Part shown: in pieces, positions 19,574-28,006 of the stretch
How positions within the stretch are numbered: position 1 is the stretch's first letter
Layout of the letters: each line of letters starts with the position of its first letter
Origin: a virus
Lineage: Duplodnaviria; Caudoviricetes
Virus record (IMG/VR): IMGVR_UViG_3300037400_005125
Span: 1 to 64,000 of that record
Strand: one strand, 5' to 3'
Length of the DNA stretch: 64,000 bases
Program-made: the position numbers and the translations under genes
Notes under the pieces: model-generated
Told to the model about the DNA's origin: nothing
Seen by the model: the letters and a program-made list of their open reading frames with translations, nothing else
The model's database searches: none

Positions 19574-19897
19574 TTATTCAAATATGTCATCACCAGTAAC
19601 CCCCTGGCTCATATTGGTATACATACTTATATCAGTAGAAGAACTTGAATTGTTCATTGCATTTTCTCTGGCTGTCATATATTCATTATACTTGTGTATA
19701 TAGTATTTTCTATCACGTATTGGCATCCTATCCAATACATCAAGAGGAATCTTTATGAACATATGGCAAGCGAACAGTTCTTCTTTAAGATTCTGTTCAT
19801 AGGTCGGGTATATTGAGGAAAACAGAATCGTCCCAGTTAAGAAAGGTTTTGAAAGAGCCACCTCCCAGACTCTCAGGGCGTTGTACTTCAATATCAA
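19574..19897 (-). CDS. baseplate hub / tail assembly chaperone partner (true start uncertain)
   Basis: YEQNLKEELF...LDRMPIRDRKYYI resembles the small gene following hub chaperones; overlaps the upstream ORF by 101 nt. Confidence 0.55.
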   Translation of the reverse strand: MILKYNALRVWEVALSKPFLTGTILFSSIYPTYEQNLKEELFACHMFIKIPLDVLDRMPIRDRKYYIHKYNEYMTARENAMNNSSSSTDISMYTNMSQGVTGDDIFE

Positions 19898-21098
19898 AGT
19901 TAATTCCAGGTCTGTTCTTCTCTATATACTTTCTAAGGCTAAGAGCGTCCATTGCTGGCATCATATTAACATATTTCTTAATAAACTCCCTGTCTGTATT
20001 CCCATTAACTGCCATAATCTGTAGAAGCAAGCTGTTTGTTACAAGTTTGTTGAACTTTGAATCGTTAACTTCCTTCAACTTCTTTGACCATTCTCCCATG
20101 ATGGAAATGGCATTTCTCATAACCTTCTTATCAGATTCTTTTAACAACTTATCAGTAGATATTGATGCTGCTAGGATTTCCCTCTCAGTATCAAGCATAT
20201 ATGCCCTAGTTCCATTACTTTCGATTTCATTAATCTTTTGTAACTGCTTCTCTTGCTTTCTAGTAAGATATCTGAATTTCAGCTTATCTTTTTTAACTGG
20301 TGTTTCGAACTCAAACCATCCATTCTCATCACCAATCAGAGTAAATTCTTTTGGCTTTAATGTCGTTAAGTCAACAACACTCTCAATTTGTTCACCAGTA
20401 TCTGGGTCTGCAACAATTATTGGAAATTCAGCACCATAGCTAGTAGCCCTCAAGAACAAAGTAATGGCATCTACATCACCACCAATAAGGTCATCTGGAT
20501 TAATTTCCTTGTTTACAATCTTATTCTTCAACAAGAAATCAATAACAAGTCCATCCTTGTAAAGGTTTGGCGAAGTAATGATGTTCTCGTCATATGCTGT
20601 AAGATATGCAACTGGAATTCTATCCATCTTGTTCTTATAACACTGTCCATTACTTGGAAGCTGAATTACATCATATTGAACAGATGGGTCAATGTCATTG
20701 AACATTGTCTCTTCTGCTATTACAGTCTCAGTATTTACTAAAGAAGGTGTTTCAACTGTAGTATCAGCAACACTTGGTCCTGACAAATCCTCTTCCTCTG
20801 TTTTATAAACACTAGGGCTACTTGGCTCTTCACCAAGCATATCGAAAATAGACATGTCAGTGTCTCCAAACAATGACATGCTACTCTGTTTCTTTTTCTC
20901 TTTCTTTGCCCTCTCAAGAGCTGTAGGGTCAATAGAATTAATGTGGTCGATAACTTCTTGCTGAGCACGTTCAATCTGGTCTGTCTTCTTTCCTCTTTCC
21001 TTAACCTCTCTCTTCGTCTTCTCAAGCATTTCATTATTAGCAAGCAGAGTCTTAATCTGATTCTGCTGCTCCTCAGTCAGTTCTTTCTTATTTGCCAT
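19797..21098 (-). CDS. baseplate hub assembly / tail assembly chaperone (T4 gp26-like)
   Basis: DVIQLPSNGQCY...YLTAYDENIITSPNL...GDVDAITLFLRATSYG...FRYLT...PGI pattern. Confidence 0.7.
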   Translation of the reverse strand: MANKKELTEEQQNQIKTLLANNEMLEKTKREVKERGKKTDQIERAQQEVIDHINSIDPTALERAKKEKKKQSSMSLFGDTDMSIFDMLGEEPSSPSVYKTEEEDLSGPSVADTTVETPSLVNTETVIAEETMFNDIDPSVQYDVIQLPSNGQCYKNKMDRIPVAYLTAYDENIITSPNLYKDGLVIDFLLKNKIVNKEINPDDLIGGDVDAITLFLRATSYGAEFPIIVADPDTGEQIESVVDLTTLKPKEFTLIGDENGWFEFETPVKKDKLKFRYLTRKQEKQLQKINEIESNGTRAYMLDTEREILAASISTDKLLKESDKKVMRNAISIMGEWSKKLKEVNDSKFNKLVTNSLLLQIMAVNGNTDREFIKKYVNMMPAMDALSLRKYIEKNRPGINFDIEVQRPESLGGGSFKTFLNWDDSVFLNIPDL

Positions 21099-21101
21099 AA
21101 C

Positions 21102-21719
21102 TTATATCTTATCGATTATCTTTATTTTATTCACATACAATATCCAGTTGTCACGCTCTGAATTATCCATTATCTTGCAATCCTCCAATAATGCATAAGT
21201 ATCTTCTCCAGCACTATTTTTAAAAAGCATTTTCATATTTCTCTTAGGCTCTTTGGAAGCAACCCACACTTCTCCAGCCTTATTTATATAGCTGTTTATC
21301 TTTGTGTGCTCTTTGCTCCACATATTCATTTCGGTCTCGAATTCTTCCTCAACTGTGTCAAGATTGAATTCCACCATTTCAATAAACGATTCCTGTCTTG
21401 CAAATGATGTTATAAGTCCATCAACAGTTTCATCGTCACCATCCTCGTTATAAAGTGTGGCTTTACAGCTTGAATAAGACACTTTATCGTCGCTCTGAGA
21501 CATTCTCTGACCAAATTTGTATGTCTGTCCATCCTGACCAGAGAAAAGCCCTGTACGCCCGTTTTTCATGTCAATACCATACTGCTCTACAATATCCTTG
21601 TTTTTGTAATATTCATCAGATACGGCACTAGCATACTCACCCTCACCGTAGTAGTTGTCACTTGCGGTAAAAGCATCGTCATTATAGTCATAGTATGGCA
21701 AATATAACGTAACTTCCAT
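21102..21719 (-). CDS. hypothetical protein
   Basis: ORF track. Confidence 0.7.
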   Translation of the reverse strand: MEVTLYLPYYDYNDDAFTASDNYYGEGEYASAVSDEYYKNKDIVEQYGIDMKNGRTGLFSGQDGQTYKFGQRMSQSDDKVSYSSCKATLYNEDGDDETVDGLITSFARQESFIEMVEFNLDTVEEEFETEMNMWSKEHTKINSYINKAGEVWVASKEPKRNMKMLFKNSAGEDTYALLEDCKIMDNSERDNWILYVNKIKIIDKI

Positions 21720-21742
21720 TGTATTATTAAATATCGGTAATT

Positions 21743-22270
21743 TTATTTTATCTTGTTTATATGCCTTTTATTCTTTTTCTCAGTGAGAGTTGCCTTTTTA
21801 TCCTGCATATAAAGTCGTGCCTTGAGTTCCTTCAACACTTCACCAGGTTTCTCGTTTATATCCTTTTCCCATATTCTGAGGATTGGTATCCCATGAGCAA
21901 GCGCCCACCTGTTTTTATATTCATCAACTCTTATGTTCTTTTTATGCATTGGCTTTAACTTATCTTCTGACACAACCCTTGGGTCTGCATGATAATAAGA
22001 ACCATCAACCTCAATTATTATGTTGTGCTCTGGAAGATAAAAATCAAACCAACGACCAATGTCCTTTGCTTCAAATTGATAAATATACTTAACACCAAGT
22101 TTTTCCAAAAACTCAGTGGCAAATTTCTCCTCAAGTTTTGAAGTTCCAGGAAGGTGATGCTTTGTTGATACTACCTTCCTGGTCTGGTATGGTTTCCTAA
22201 CCACTTTATTTTTAACTGCCTGAGTATTTCCTCTTTTTTTAACGACCTGCTTCATAGGAAACTCCGTCAT
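21743..22270 (-). CDS. Vsr/DUF559-like endonuclease
   Basis: SKLEEKF...WFDFYLPEHNIIIEVDGSYYH...GIPILRIWE. Confidence 0.85.
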   Translation of the reverse strand: MTEFPMKQVVKKRGNTQAVKNKVVRKPYQTRKVVSTKHHLPGTSKLEEKFATEFLEKLGVKYIYQFEAKDIGRWFDFYLPEHNIIIEVDGSYYHADPRVVSEDKLKPMHKKNIRVDEYKNRWALAHGIPILRIWEKDINEKPGEVLKELKARLYMQDKKATLTEKKNKRHINKIK

Positions 22271-23045
22271 ATAATATTCTAAGCGTTATAACAGTAGGCT
22301 CACTTTCATCATATCTCAATGCTGTTGTATATATTTCATCAGTGTCCAGCCTGCACCCATTAAACTTCTCCTTGTACATAATTTTTCCTGAAGCGTCAAG
22401 GTGTTTGATTTCAAGTGTAAACTTCCTGTTTTCGCTTGTCATTGAAAGATTCTGCATTACAGGTACACCACTGTCTGTAACAAAATCATAAATGTCAACG
22501 TAAAGGCATCTATTTCCATTAACCCTTTCATTGAGTACCTTTTTAACCATAGTTTCAGGAATACCAATGACACTCATATCAAGAAGAAATCTGTTACAAA
22601 GAACAATATTGTCAACATTTAAACTATTTCCAAGGTCATACATAGTTCCAGAATTTTTCTTTTCCTCAACCTCCTTATCTTTCTTTCTTATATCCTCAAA
22701 AAAAGAATGGTCTTGGCATATTCCACCATTACCAAAATATCTTTCTGGCTTCTTATATTCCTGTTTCTTTTTAATATTATCAAAAATATTTATCCCACTA
22801 TTACGAAATATTTCATTATTTTTTTCATCATTATCTCCTTCTATTTCTTTCCTTATTACCTCAATTTCATTAATCGTAGAATCAATCATTGATTTCAGGT
22901 TCGCTATTGACCTGCTGGAACTGTTTTCCCTGTTAAAAAGGTCATGCAAACTGTTTATAAGCATCTTATGCTCATTTATCTTCATCTTCAAACGTCTTTC
23001 AGCATCGCTAAGACTACTAGTTCTTTGTTTTCTTTCCATATCCAA
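22239..23045 (-). CDS. tail tube paralogue with N-terminal coiled-coil extension
   Basis: C-terminal half (NRFLL...LEIKHLDASG...LRYDESE...ITLRILYD) aligns by eye with 25704-26192 (NRWLL...VELEMLDPTG...LDYSSDE...IQITLRFDY). Confidence 0.6.
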   Translation of the reverse strand: MDMERKQRTSSLSDAERRLKMKINEHKMLINSLHDLFNRENSSSRSIANLKSMIDSTINEIEVIRKEIEGDNDEKNNEIFRNSGINIFDNIKKKQEYKKPERYFGNGGICQDHSFFEDIRKKDKEVEEKKNSGTMYDLGNSLNVDNIVLCNRFLLDMSVIGIPETMVKKVLNERVNGNRCLYVDIYDFVTDSGVPVMQNLSMTSENRKFTLEIKHLDASGKIMYKEKFNGCRLDTDEIYTTALRYDESEPTVITLRILYDGVSYEAGR

Positions 23046-24399
23046 CTAATTTCATTATACTATCTTTATTTTTTCTGAAAATATATTGTCTATACCTAGA
23101 CATTTTTTTATTAACAGAATTATCCATACTATTTTTGTGCCTCCTGTAATAGAACACAACATCATCTGTCATATATACCTTTCTACCCCCATCAAGCAAT
23201 CTTATTAGGAATTCCCAGTCTTCATATGCATCCATTTTTTCATCATATTCTCCTGCCCTGAAATAATCTTCTCTCCTATATATGAATGAAGAATATATAT
23301 GATTTGAAAGAAGTAAAAGCTTGTAATCGTAATCAGGTAAGTTCCAGTCTTTTTCAGTGCCATCATCCCAGAACATTTTAGCCTTTCCATAATATAAAGT
23401 GCAATCTTCGTGTTCTGACAGATATTTAACACCGTTTTCTATGTAAGTTGGAGATATTTTATCATCTGGGTCTAAACACATAATGTACTCAGTATCAACC
23501 GCACGTATTCCTATATTTCTAGCGGCACTAAGTCCTTTGTTTCGCTGTTTTATGTAGATAAACCTATCATCTCCTTTAATCAACTTTAATATCACATCTT
23601 CTGAATTATCTGTACTACCATCATTAATTATTACGCACTGCCATTTATTGTAGGTTGATTTTTTAAGAGATTCCACAGCCTCGGTTATGTAGTTAGAATA
23701 ATTATAACATGGAATTATTACAGATATGTCTGGCTTTTTACTTATACCTCTTAAATATCTGTATTTCTCTTCCCTTATTGTCTTTTCGTCTGATGAAATA
23801 CCACCAAGATAAAATTTTCCGATATTAATATCCACATATTCATATGAACACTTTTTTATAAGAATTTGATTAAAGAAAAATATCCAGTCAGATATTATCT
23901 TATAATCCTCTTTATATTTTTCTTTTCTTAAAAGGTCAAGCTTTATAAAAGAAGAAGGATGGGGTATTGTATCAATTGAAAACCAAAATGGCGTTATTTT
24001 ATCTGGATATTTTTTTATTAATATTTTTCCAGGTCTAATTACAACCTCCAAATTACCATAAACAATATCTTTGCCAAGTTTGTTATAGCACTTTTCAATA
24101 ACATCATTTGAACACAGCTCATCACCGCTATTAAGGAATAGAACATATTCGCCAACACAAGCATCAATACCAATGTTCATTGCGTTGTATAGCCCCTTAT
24201 CCTTTCTGCTATGCCAATAGGCAAGTTTGTCAGAATATTCATTAATTATATCAACACTGCCATCATCACTTCCACCATCAATGATTATGTAGTTAATCTT
24301 GTCAAAATATGTTTGATTTACTACACTTTCAATTGTCCTTCTAATGTTGTTAGCATTGTTAAGATTTATAGTTACTATATTTATCTTTTTTTCTGTCAT
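23017..24399 (-). CDS. tandem double GT2 glycosyltransferase (start adjusted to MTEKKINIV)
   Basis: Two GT-A domains: IIIDGGSDDGS...FLNSGD and IINDGSTDNS...NKGLSAARN...CLDPDD...EDWEF. Confidence 0.9.
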   Translation of the reverse strand: MTEKKINIVTINLNNANNIRRTIESVVNQTYFDKINYIIIDGGSDDGSVDIINEYSDKLAYWHSRKDKGLYNAMNIGIDACVGEYVLFLNSGDELCSNDVIEKCYNKLGKDIVYGNLEVVIRPGKILIKKYPDKITPFWFSIDTIPHPSSFIKLDLLRKEKYKEDYKIISDWIFFFNQILIKKCSYEYVDINIGKFYLGGISSDEKTIREEKYRYLRGISKKPDISVIIPCYNYSNYITEAVESLKKSTYNKWQCVIINDGSTDNSEDVILKLIKGDDRFIYIKQRNKGLSAARNIGIRAVDTEYIMCLDPDDKISPTYIENGVKYLSEHEDCTLYYGKAKMFWDDGTEKDWNLPDYDYKLLLLSNHIYSSFIYRREDYFRAGEYDEKMDAYEDWEFLIRLLDGGRKVYMTDDVVFYYRRHKNSMDNSVNKKMSRYRQYIFRKNKDSIMKLVGYGKKTKN

Positions 24400-24467
24400 A
24401 TTTAAATGATAAAAAAATAAGTACGAAAACAAATAGTTTCCGCACTTATTATAAAAATTTAGCCACA

Positions 24468-25553
24468 TTAAATACTTTCCTCAAGTAGTTTCTTCGTTCC
24501 TCCTGGGTCTCTATTGTAATCAGACTCCCATACTTCTATTAACCTGATATTATGCTCCGAACAATACATTCTGAGCGCTTCATCTTTCTTTACCTTATCA
24601 ATTTGGTAAGGAGATAATTCCTCCCTTGTGTACTTCTTAGGATTACCGTGCCAATAATCGCCCTGGAATTCAACAATAATGTTTCTCTTTGGGATAAACA
24701 CATCACAATAATGACGTATCTCTTTTATGTAATGTTGAGTAGTATACTCTATGCCAAGAGGTTCTATACAATCTTTTACAAACTTTTTTTCGGCATTAGA
24801 TGACAAAGAGAATTCACCAGACATGAGTCTTTCATGCATCTTTTTTCTATTAGCTGCTATTGAGTTTTCGCTCTTTCCATTTTCTCTACATTTTTCAGCA
24901 TGTTCTGGTGATTTAGGTATACCTTTTAGTGCTTTACTTATCTTATTATTTCTTTCTTTGTTAAGATACTGTTTCATTAACTTCTTTATTTCATCATCAG
25001 AATATGTTTTTTCCCAATTTTTACCTTTGTTCCACTGTATTCTTTCTCCGTTAGCATACTGTCTTCTTCTTGTATCAGCAGAGTGATTCTTTGCAGTTTC
25101 ATTATGTCCCCAGTTATTGTGAACTCTTGATGCGTGTCCAATCACGTAGTCTCCAAAATGAGCGCCCCCTACATATGATATACTGGTATATTCACCACAC
25201 CCGCACTTACAAGTTGGTCTAATTCCATTGTATTTAACATCTGTTAGTAACTGTTCCTTGGTGATGCTATCACCATGACTTTTATGTTTGAATATGTGTT
25301 TACACAATCCATCATAAGTAACAAACCTATTATTGCAATAAGGACATTTGAACTCCCCATCATTCCTATGATGGTTTGTACACTCACCAGTGTATTTAAA
25401 GGTAAATCCATTTACCTGCTTTAATATTCCACTACAACATTTAGATATGTTACTCTTAGTAGACCCAACAGCCATAGCTGCTTCTGTAGCTGAATTATAC
25501 ACAGCAATCTGTTCGCCGTCTTTCAGTTGAATAACTTGTTTCTTTAATCCCAT
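24468..25553 (-). CDS. putative homing endonuclease (NUMOD1 + Zn finger + NUMOD3 + Vsr/DUF559-like nuclease)
   Basis: YNSATEAAMAVG...ISKCC...GFTFKY (NUMOD1); CPYC/CKCGC; ISKALKG.PKSPEH; CDVFIP...EFQGDYWHG...D...LIEVWE. Confidence 0.8.
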   Translation of the reverse strand: MGLKKQVIQLKDGEQIAVYNSATEAAMAVGSTKSNISKCCSGILKQVNGFTFKYTGECTNHHRNDGEFKCPYCNNRFVTYDGLCKHIFKHKSHGDSITKEQLLTDVKYNGIRPTCKCGCGEYTSISYVGGAHFGDYVIGHASRVHNNWGHNETAKNHSADTRRRQYANGERIQWNKGKNWEKTYSDDEIKKLMKQYLNKERNNKISKALKGIPKSPEHAEKCRENGKSENSIAANRKKMHERLMSGEFSLSSNAEKKFVKDCIEPLGIEYTTQHYIKEIRHYCDVFIPKRNIIVEFQGDYWHGNPKKYTREELSPYQIDKVKKDEALRMYCSEHNIRLIEVWESDYNRDPGGTKKLLEESI

Positions 25554-25584
25554 AAAAAAAAGATATTTACCTATATTATTCGTG

Positions 25585-25616
25585 CAAATATATAGATAAA
25601 TATCTTAAAAAACAAG
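25585..25616 (-). promoter_or_regulatory. Bacteroidota-type promoter of the endonuclease, overlapped by a 15-bp inverted repeat
   Basis: CTTG (25613-25616) ... TATATTTG (25585-25592); AGATATTTACCTATA (25561-25575) / TATAGATAAATATCT (25591-25605). Confidence 0.7.
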
Positions 25617-25634
25617 AAATTGCAACAATTTCTT
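25610..25634 (-). terminator. intrinsic terminator after the tail tube gene
   Basis: AAGAAATTG-caa-CAATTTCTT with a U-run close behind on the minus strand. Confidence 0.55.
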
Positions 25635-25703
25635 TAACTTTTTTTCTTAATTATGTAACGAATTACTTTAATAAATCTATATAACTCGTTGAAAATCAGA
25701 CAA

Positions 25704-26192
25704 TTAATAGCACAATATCGCATAGTCAAAACGGAGCGTAATCTGTATTGTTGCAAGCTCGTCTGAGCTGTAATCAAGTTCACCAAAGTCTGCTGCTGTA
25801 CACATGGTATTCTTAAGAATCCACTTTGACACAACAACACCTGTTGGGTCAAGCATTTCAAGCTCTACATCACGCTTATAACCTGCTGCGTAACCCTGTC
25901 TACCAGATACAGACTCAGAGTGAAGACGAACCCACTCCATAACTGCCTGTGAAGCAGAAGGTCCGATTGGGTCACGAAGAGTAATCTGCATTTCATCCCA
26001 TGTATAACGACCAACAACATACGTCTCAGTGTTAAGGAACTGGATTGGCTTACCCTCCTGCTTGATAGCTGGACGATGCGCTGTCTGACACCACCACTCC
26101 TGGATTCCCAAGTCTGCTGGGAATCTGAGCAACCATCTATTTTTTCTCAGTGGCTCATAATTAAGCGGCATTTTCAAAAGTAAATCACTCAT
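25704..26192 (-). CDS. tail tube protein (T4 gp19-like)
   Basis: EPLRKNRWLLRF...GRYTWDEMQITLRDPI...LDYSSDELATIQITLRFDY; close to the sheath gene. Confidence 0.9.
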   Translation of the reverse strand: MSDLLLKMPLNYEPLRKNRWLLRFPADLGIQEWWCQTAHRPAIKQEGKPIQFLNTETYVVGRYTWDEMQITLRDPIGPSASQAVMEWVRLHSESVSGRQGYAAGYKRDVELEMLDPTGVVVSKWILKNTMCTAADFGELDYSSDELATIQITLRFDYAILCY

Positions 26193-26262
26193 TTTTCAAA
26201 TATTTTTTAATCTAGATTATTTTAATATAAATACACACTTTTTTAATTTTTAACATAAAAAA

Positions 26263-26294
26263 CTTGTTTTTCTGGAAAAAAATACATATATTTG
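26263..26294 (+). promoter_or_regulatory. Bacteroidota-type promoter
   Basis: CTTG (26263) ... TATATTTG (26287-26294). Confidence 0.75.
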
Positions 26295-26298
26295 CGCA

Positions 26299-26676
26299 AT
26301 GATAGAAATATTTTTACTTATGATACTTGCACACGTGGTGGATGACTTCGTGTTGCAACTAGCGTGTTTATCCAAGCTTAAACAAAAGTCTTGGTGGGAA
26401 ACACAGGATGGTTACAAGCCACTATATAATAATGACTATAAGATGGCACTACTTATGCATTCAATGTCATGGTCAATTATGATATTACTCCCAGTAATAA
26501 TCACAAACGACATACCTGGAATAGTGTTGTTTAGCACTTTCATTGTCAACACACTAATACATTATTATATAGATGACATGAAAGCGAATAAAGGTAAAAT
26601 AAACCTTATGGTTGACCAATTCGTACACATAATGCAAATAATAACCACATGGATTGCAATATGCCAATGGATATAA
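26299..26676 (+). CDS. DUF3307-like membrane protein
   Basis: LAHVVDDFVLQ...LLMH...HYYIDDMK...DQFVHI. Confidence 0.75.
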   Translation: MIEIFLLMILAHVVDDFVLQLACLSKLKQKSWWETQDGYKPLYNNDYKMALLMHSMSWSIMILLPVIITNDIPGIVLFSTFIVNTLIHYYIDDMKANKGKINLMVDQFVHIMQIITTWIAICQWI

Positions 26677-26680
26677 TGAA

Positions 26681-26710
26681 AATGGAGATAGAGCCGAATC
26701 TATCTCCATT
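26681..26710. terminator. intrinsic terminator between convergent genes
   Basis: AATGGAGATAGA-gccgaa-TCTATCTCCATT. Confidence 0.8.
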
Positions 26711-26715
26711 ATTTA

Positions 26716-26922
26716 TTAGCCCCTCTGTAAGGCATCCAAAACATCTGGATTAACGTCGCCAGGATAATGTACGTCCTCATCACCTGGAGGAATATCACCA
26801 GGACGACTTTTTTCAACACTTAGCCTTGGATAATCATCTTTAACTTCTTTTAATATTCTCTGTACAGACTCTTTCACAATCCTGTGAAGGTCACTCTCTG
26901 TTAATCTAATAACATGCTTCAT
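26716..26922 (-). CDS. small protein consisting of the LTESDLH leader plus an acidic/Pro tail
   Basis: MKHVIRLTESDLHRIVKESVQRILKE... Confidence 0.8.
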   Translation of the reverse strand: MKHVIRLTESDLHRIVKESVQRILKEVKDDYPRLSVEKSRPGDIPPGDEDVHYPGDVNPDVLDALQRG

Positions 26923-26928
26923 ATCTAA

Positions 26929-27321
26929 TTACTTTTTACCTCCAGTATCAGTTAATACCTTATCTGACTCCAAGAATACCTTCTTGAAGAACTCATACAA
27001 TGAGCTTGTTGGGTGGTCTGAATATTTCTTCAAGCCCTCAATTGCCGTTTCTCTAATCTTACCTATAATTGGCTCATGCTGGATAACCTCCTGAGCATGC
27101 ATTGCAATTTCTTCCTCAGAATCTCCCTGCCCCATCATAGCCTGTGGATTCTGCTGAACAAGTGCTGGGTCTGGCTGCTCCTGATACATATGACCTTGCA
27201 TATGGTCTCCTTGCATCATTCCTGGATTACCCATTTCTCCCATTTCAAATATAAATTTCTCTGAGAGTTGATTCTTGAGCTGGTTCAACTCTTCTATCAA
27301 TTTCTTTGTCTTATTATCCAT
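26929..27321 (-). CDS. hypothetical protein with Met/Gln/Gly-rich centre
   Basis: ORF track; preceded by sense TATTTATA (27341-27348). Confidence 0.7.
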   Translation of the reverse strand: MDNKTKKLIEELNQLKNQLSEKFIFEMGEMGNPGMMQGDHMQGHMYQEQPDPALVQQNPQAMMGQGDSEEEIAMHAQEVIQHEPIIGKIRETAIEGLKKYSDHPTSSLYEFFKKVFLESDKVLTDTGGKK

Positions 27322-27377
27322 AATAAACGTTTATTTTCTATATAAATATTAAATAAGGTTAAAAAATAGACATAAAC

Positions 27378-27409
27378 CTTGGTAGTTTCGCTGATTTTGT
27401 CTATATTTG
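27378..27409 (+). promoter_or_regulatory. Bacteroidota-type promoter of kptA
   Basis: CTTG (27378) ... TATATTTG (27402-27409). Confidence 0.75.
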
Positions 27410-27430
27410 CACCAGAATTTTAAAGGTAAA

Positions 27431-27979
27431 ATGATGAAACATAAAGAACTTCTAACAGTTAAGGGAAAGGAACTTGCATTCCTGCTACGCCATGACAAGG
27501 AAAGCTATGAGAAAGGACTAATAGACGGCAACGGATGGCGAAACGTATCAGAACTCATTGAGAAGTACGGATATTCCTCTGAACTCCTTGAGGAAATTGT
27601 TGAAACAAACAACAAGAAACGATACGAGTTCAACGAAGACCACACGAAGATACGTGCGAGACAGGGTCACTCTATTAACGTCGATGTTGGTCTCTCTGAG
27701 GCTGAACCCCCAGCAATTCTCTATCACGGCACTTCGAGTGATGTAATTGAAGCTATATTAAAGGAAGGTATAAAGAAGGGCAGCAGACTCTACGTACACC
27801 TCTCCAAGGACACTGAGACAGCAACCAACGTTGGGTCAAGACACGGTACGCCATGTCTCCTCAGCATTGATACCAAGAAGATGTATGAGGACGGTGTGAA
27901 GTTCTACCTGTCGAACAACGGTGTATGGCTGACTGAATTCGTAGACCCTAAGTACATAAAAAAAGAGGAAGATTGCTAG
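27431..27979 (+). CDS. kptA: RNA 2'-phosphotransferase Tpt1/KptA (start adjusted to the ATG downstream of the promoter)
   Basis: LLRH...NNKKRYE...IRARQGHS...LYHGT...GIKKGSR.YVHLS...NGVWLTEFV. Confidence 0.95.
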   Translation: MMKHKELLTVKGKELAFLLRHDKESYEKGLIDGNGWRNVSELIEKYGYSSELLEEIVETNNKKRYEFNEDHTKIRARQGHSINVDVGLSEAEPPAILYHGTSSDVIEAILKEGIKKGSRLYVHLSKDTETATNVGSRHGTPCLLSIDTKKMYEDGVKFYLSNNGVWLTEFVDPKYIKKEEDC

Positions 27980-27996
27980 TCTTCCTCTTCTTTTTT
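27960..27996. terminator. bidirectional terminator
   Basis: AAGAGGAAGAT-tgcta-GTCTTCCTCTT with flanking A/T runs. Confidence 0.8.
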
Positions 27997-28006
27997 ATAG
28001 AGTTAT

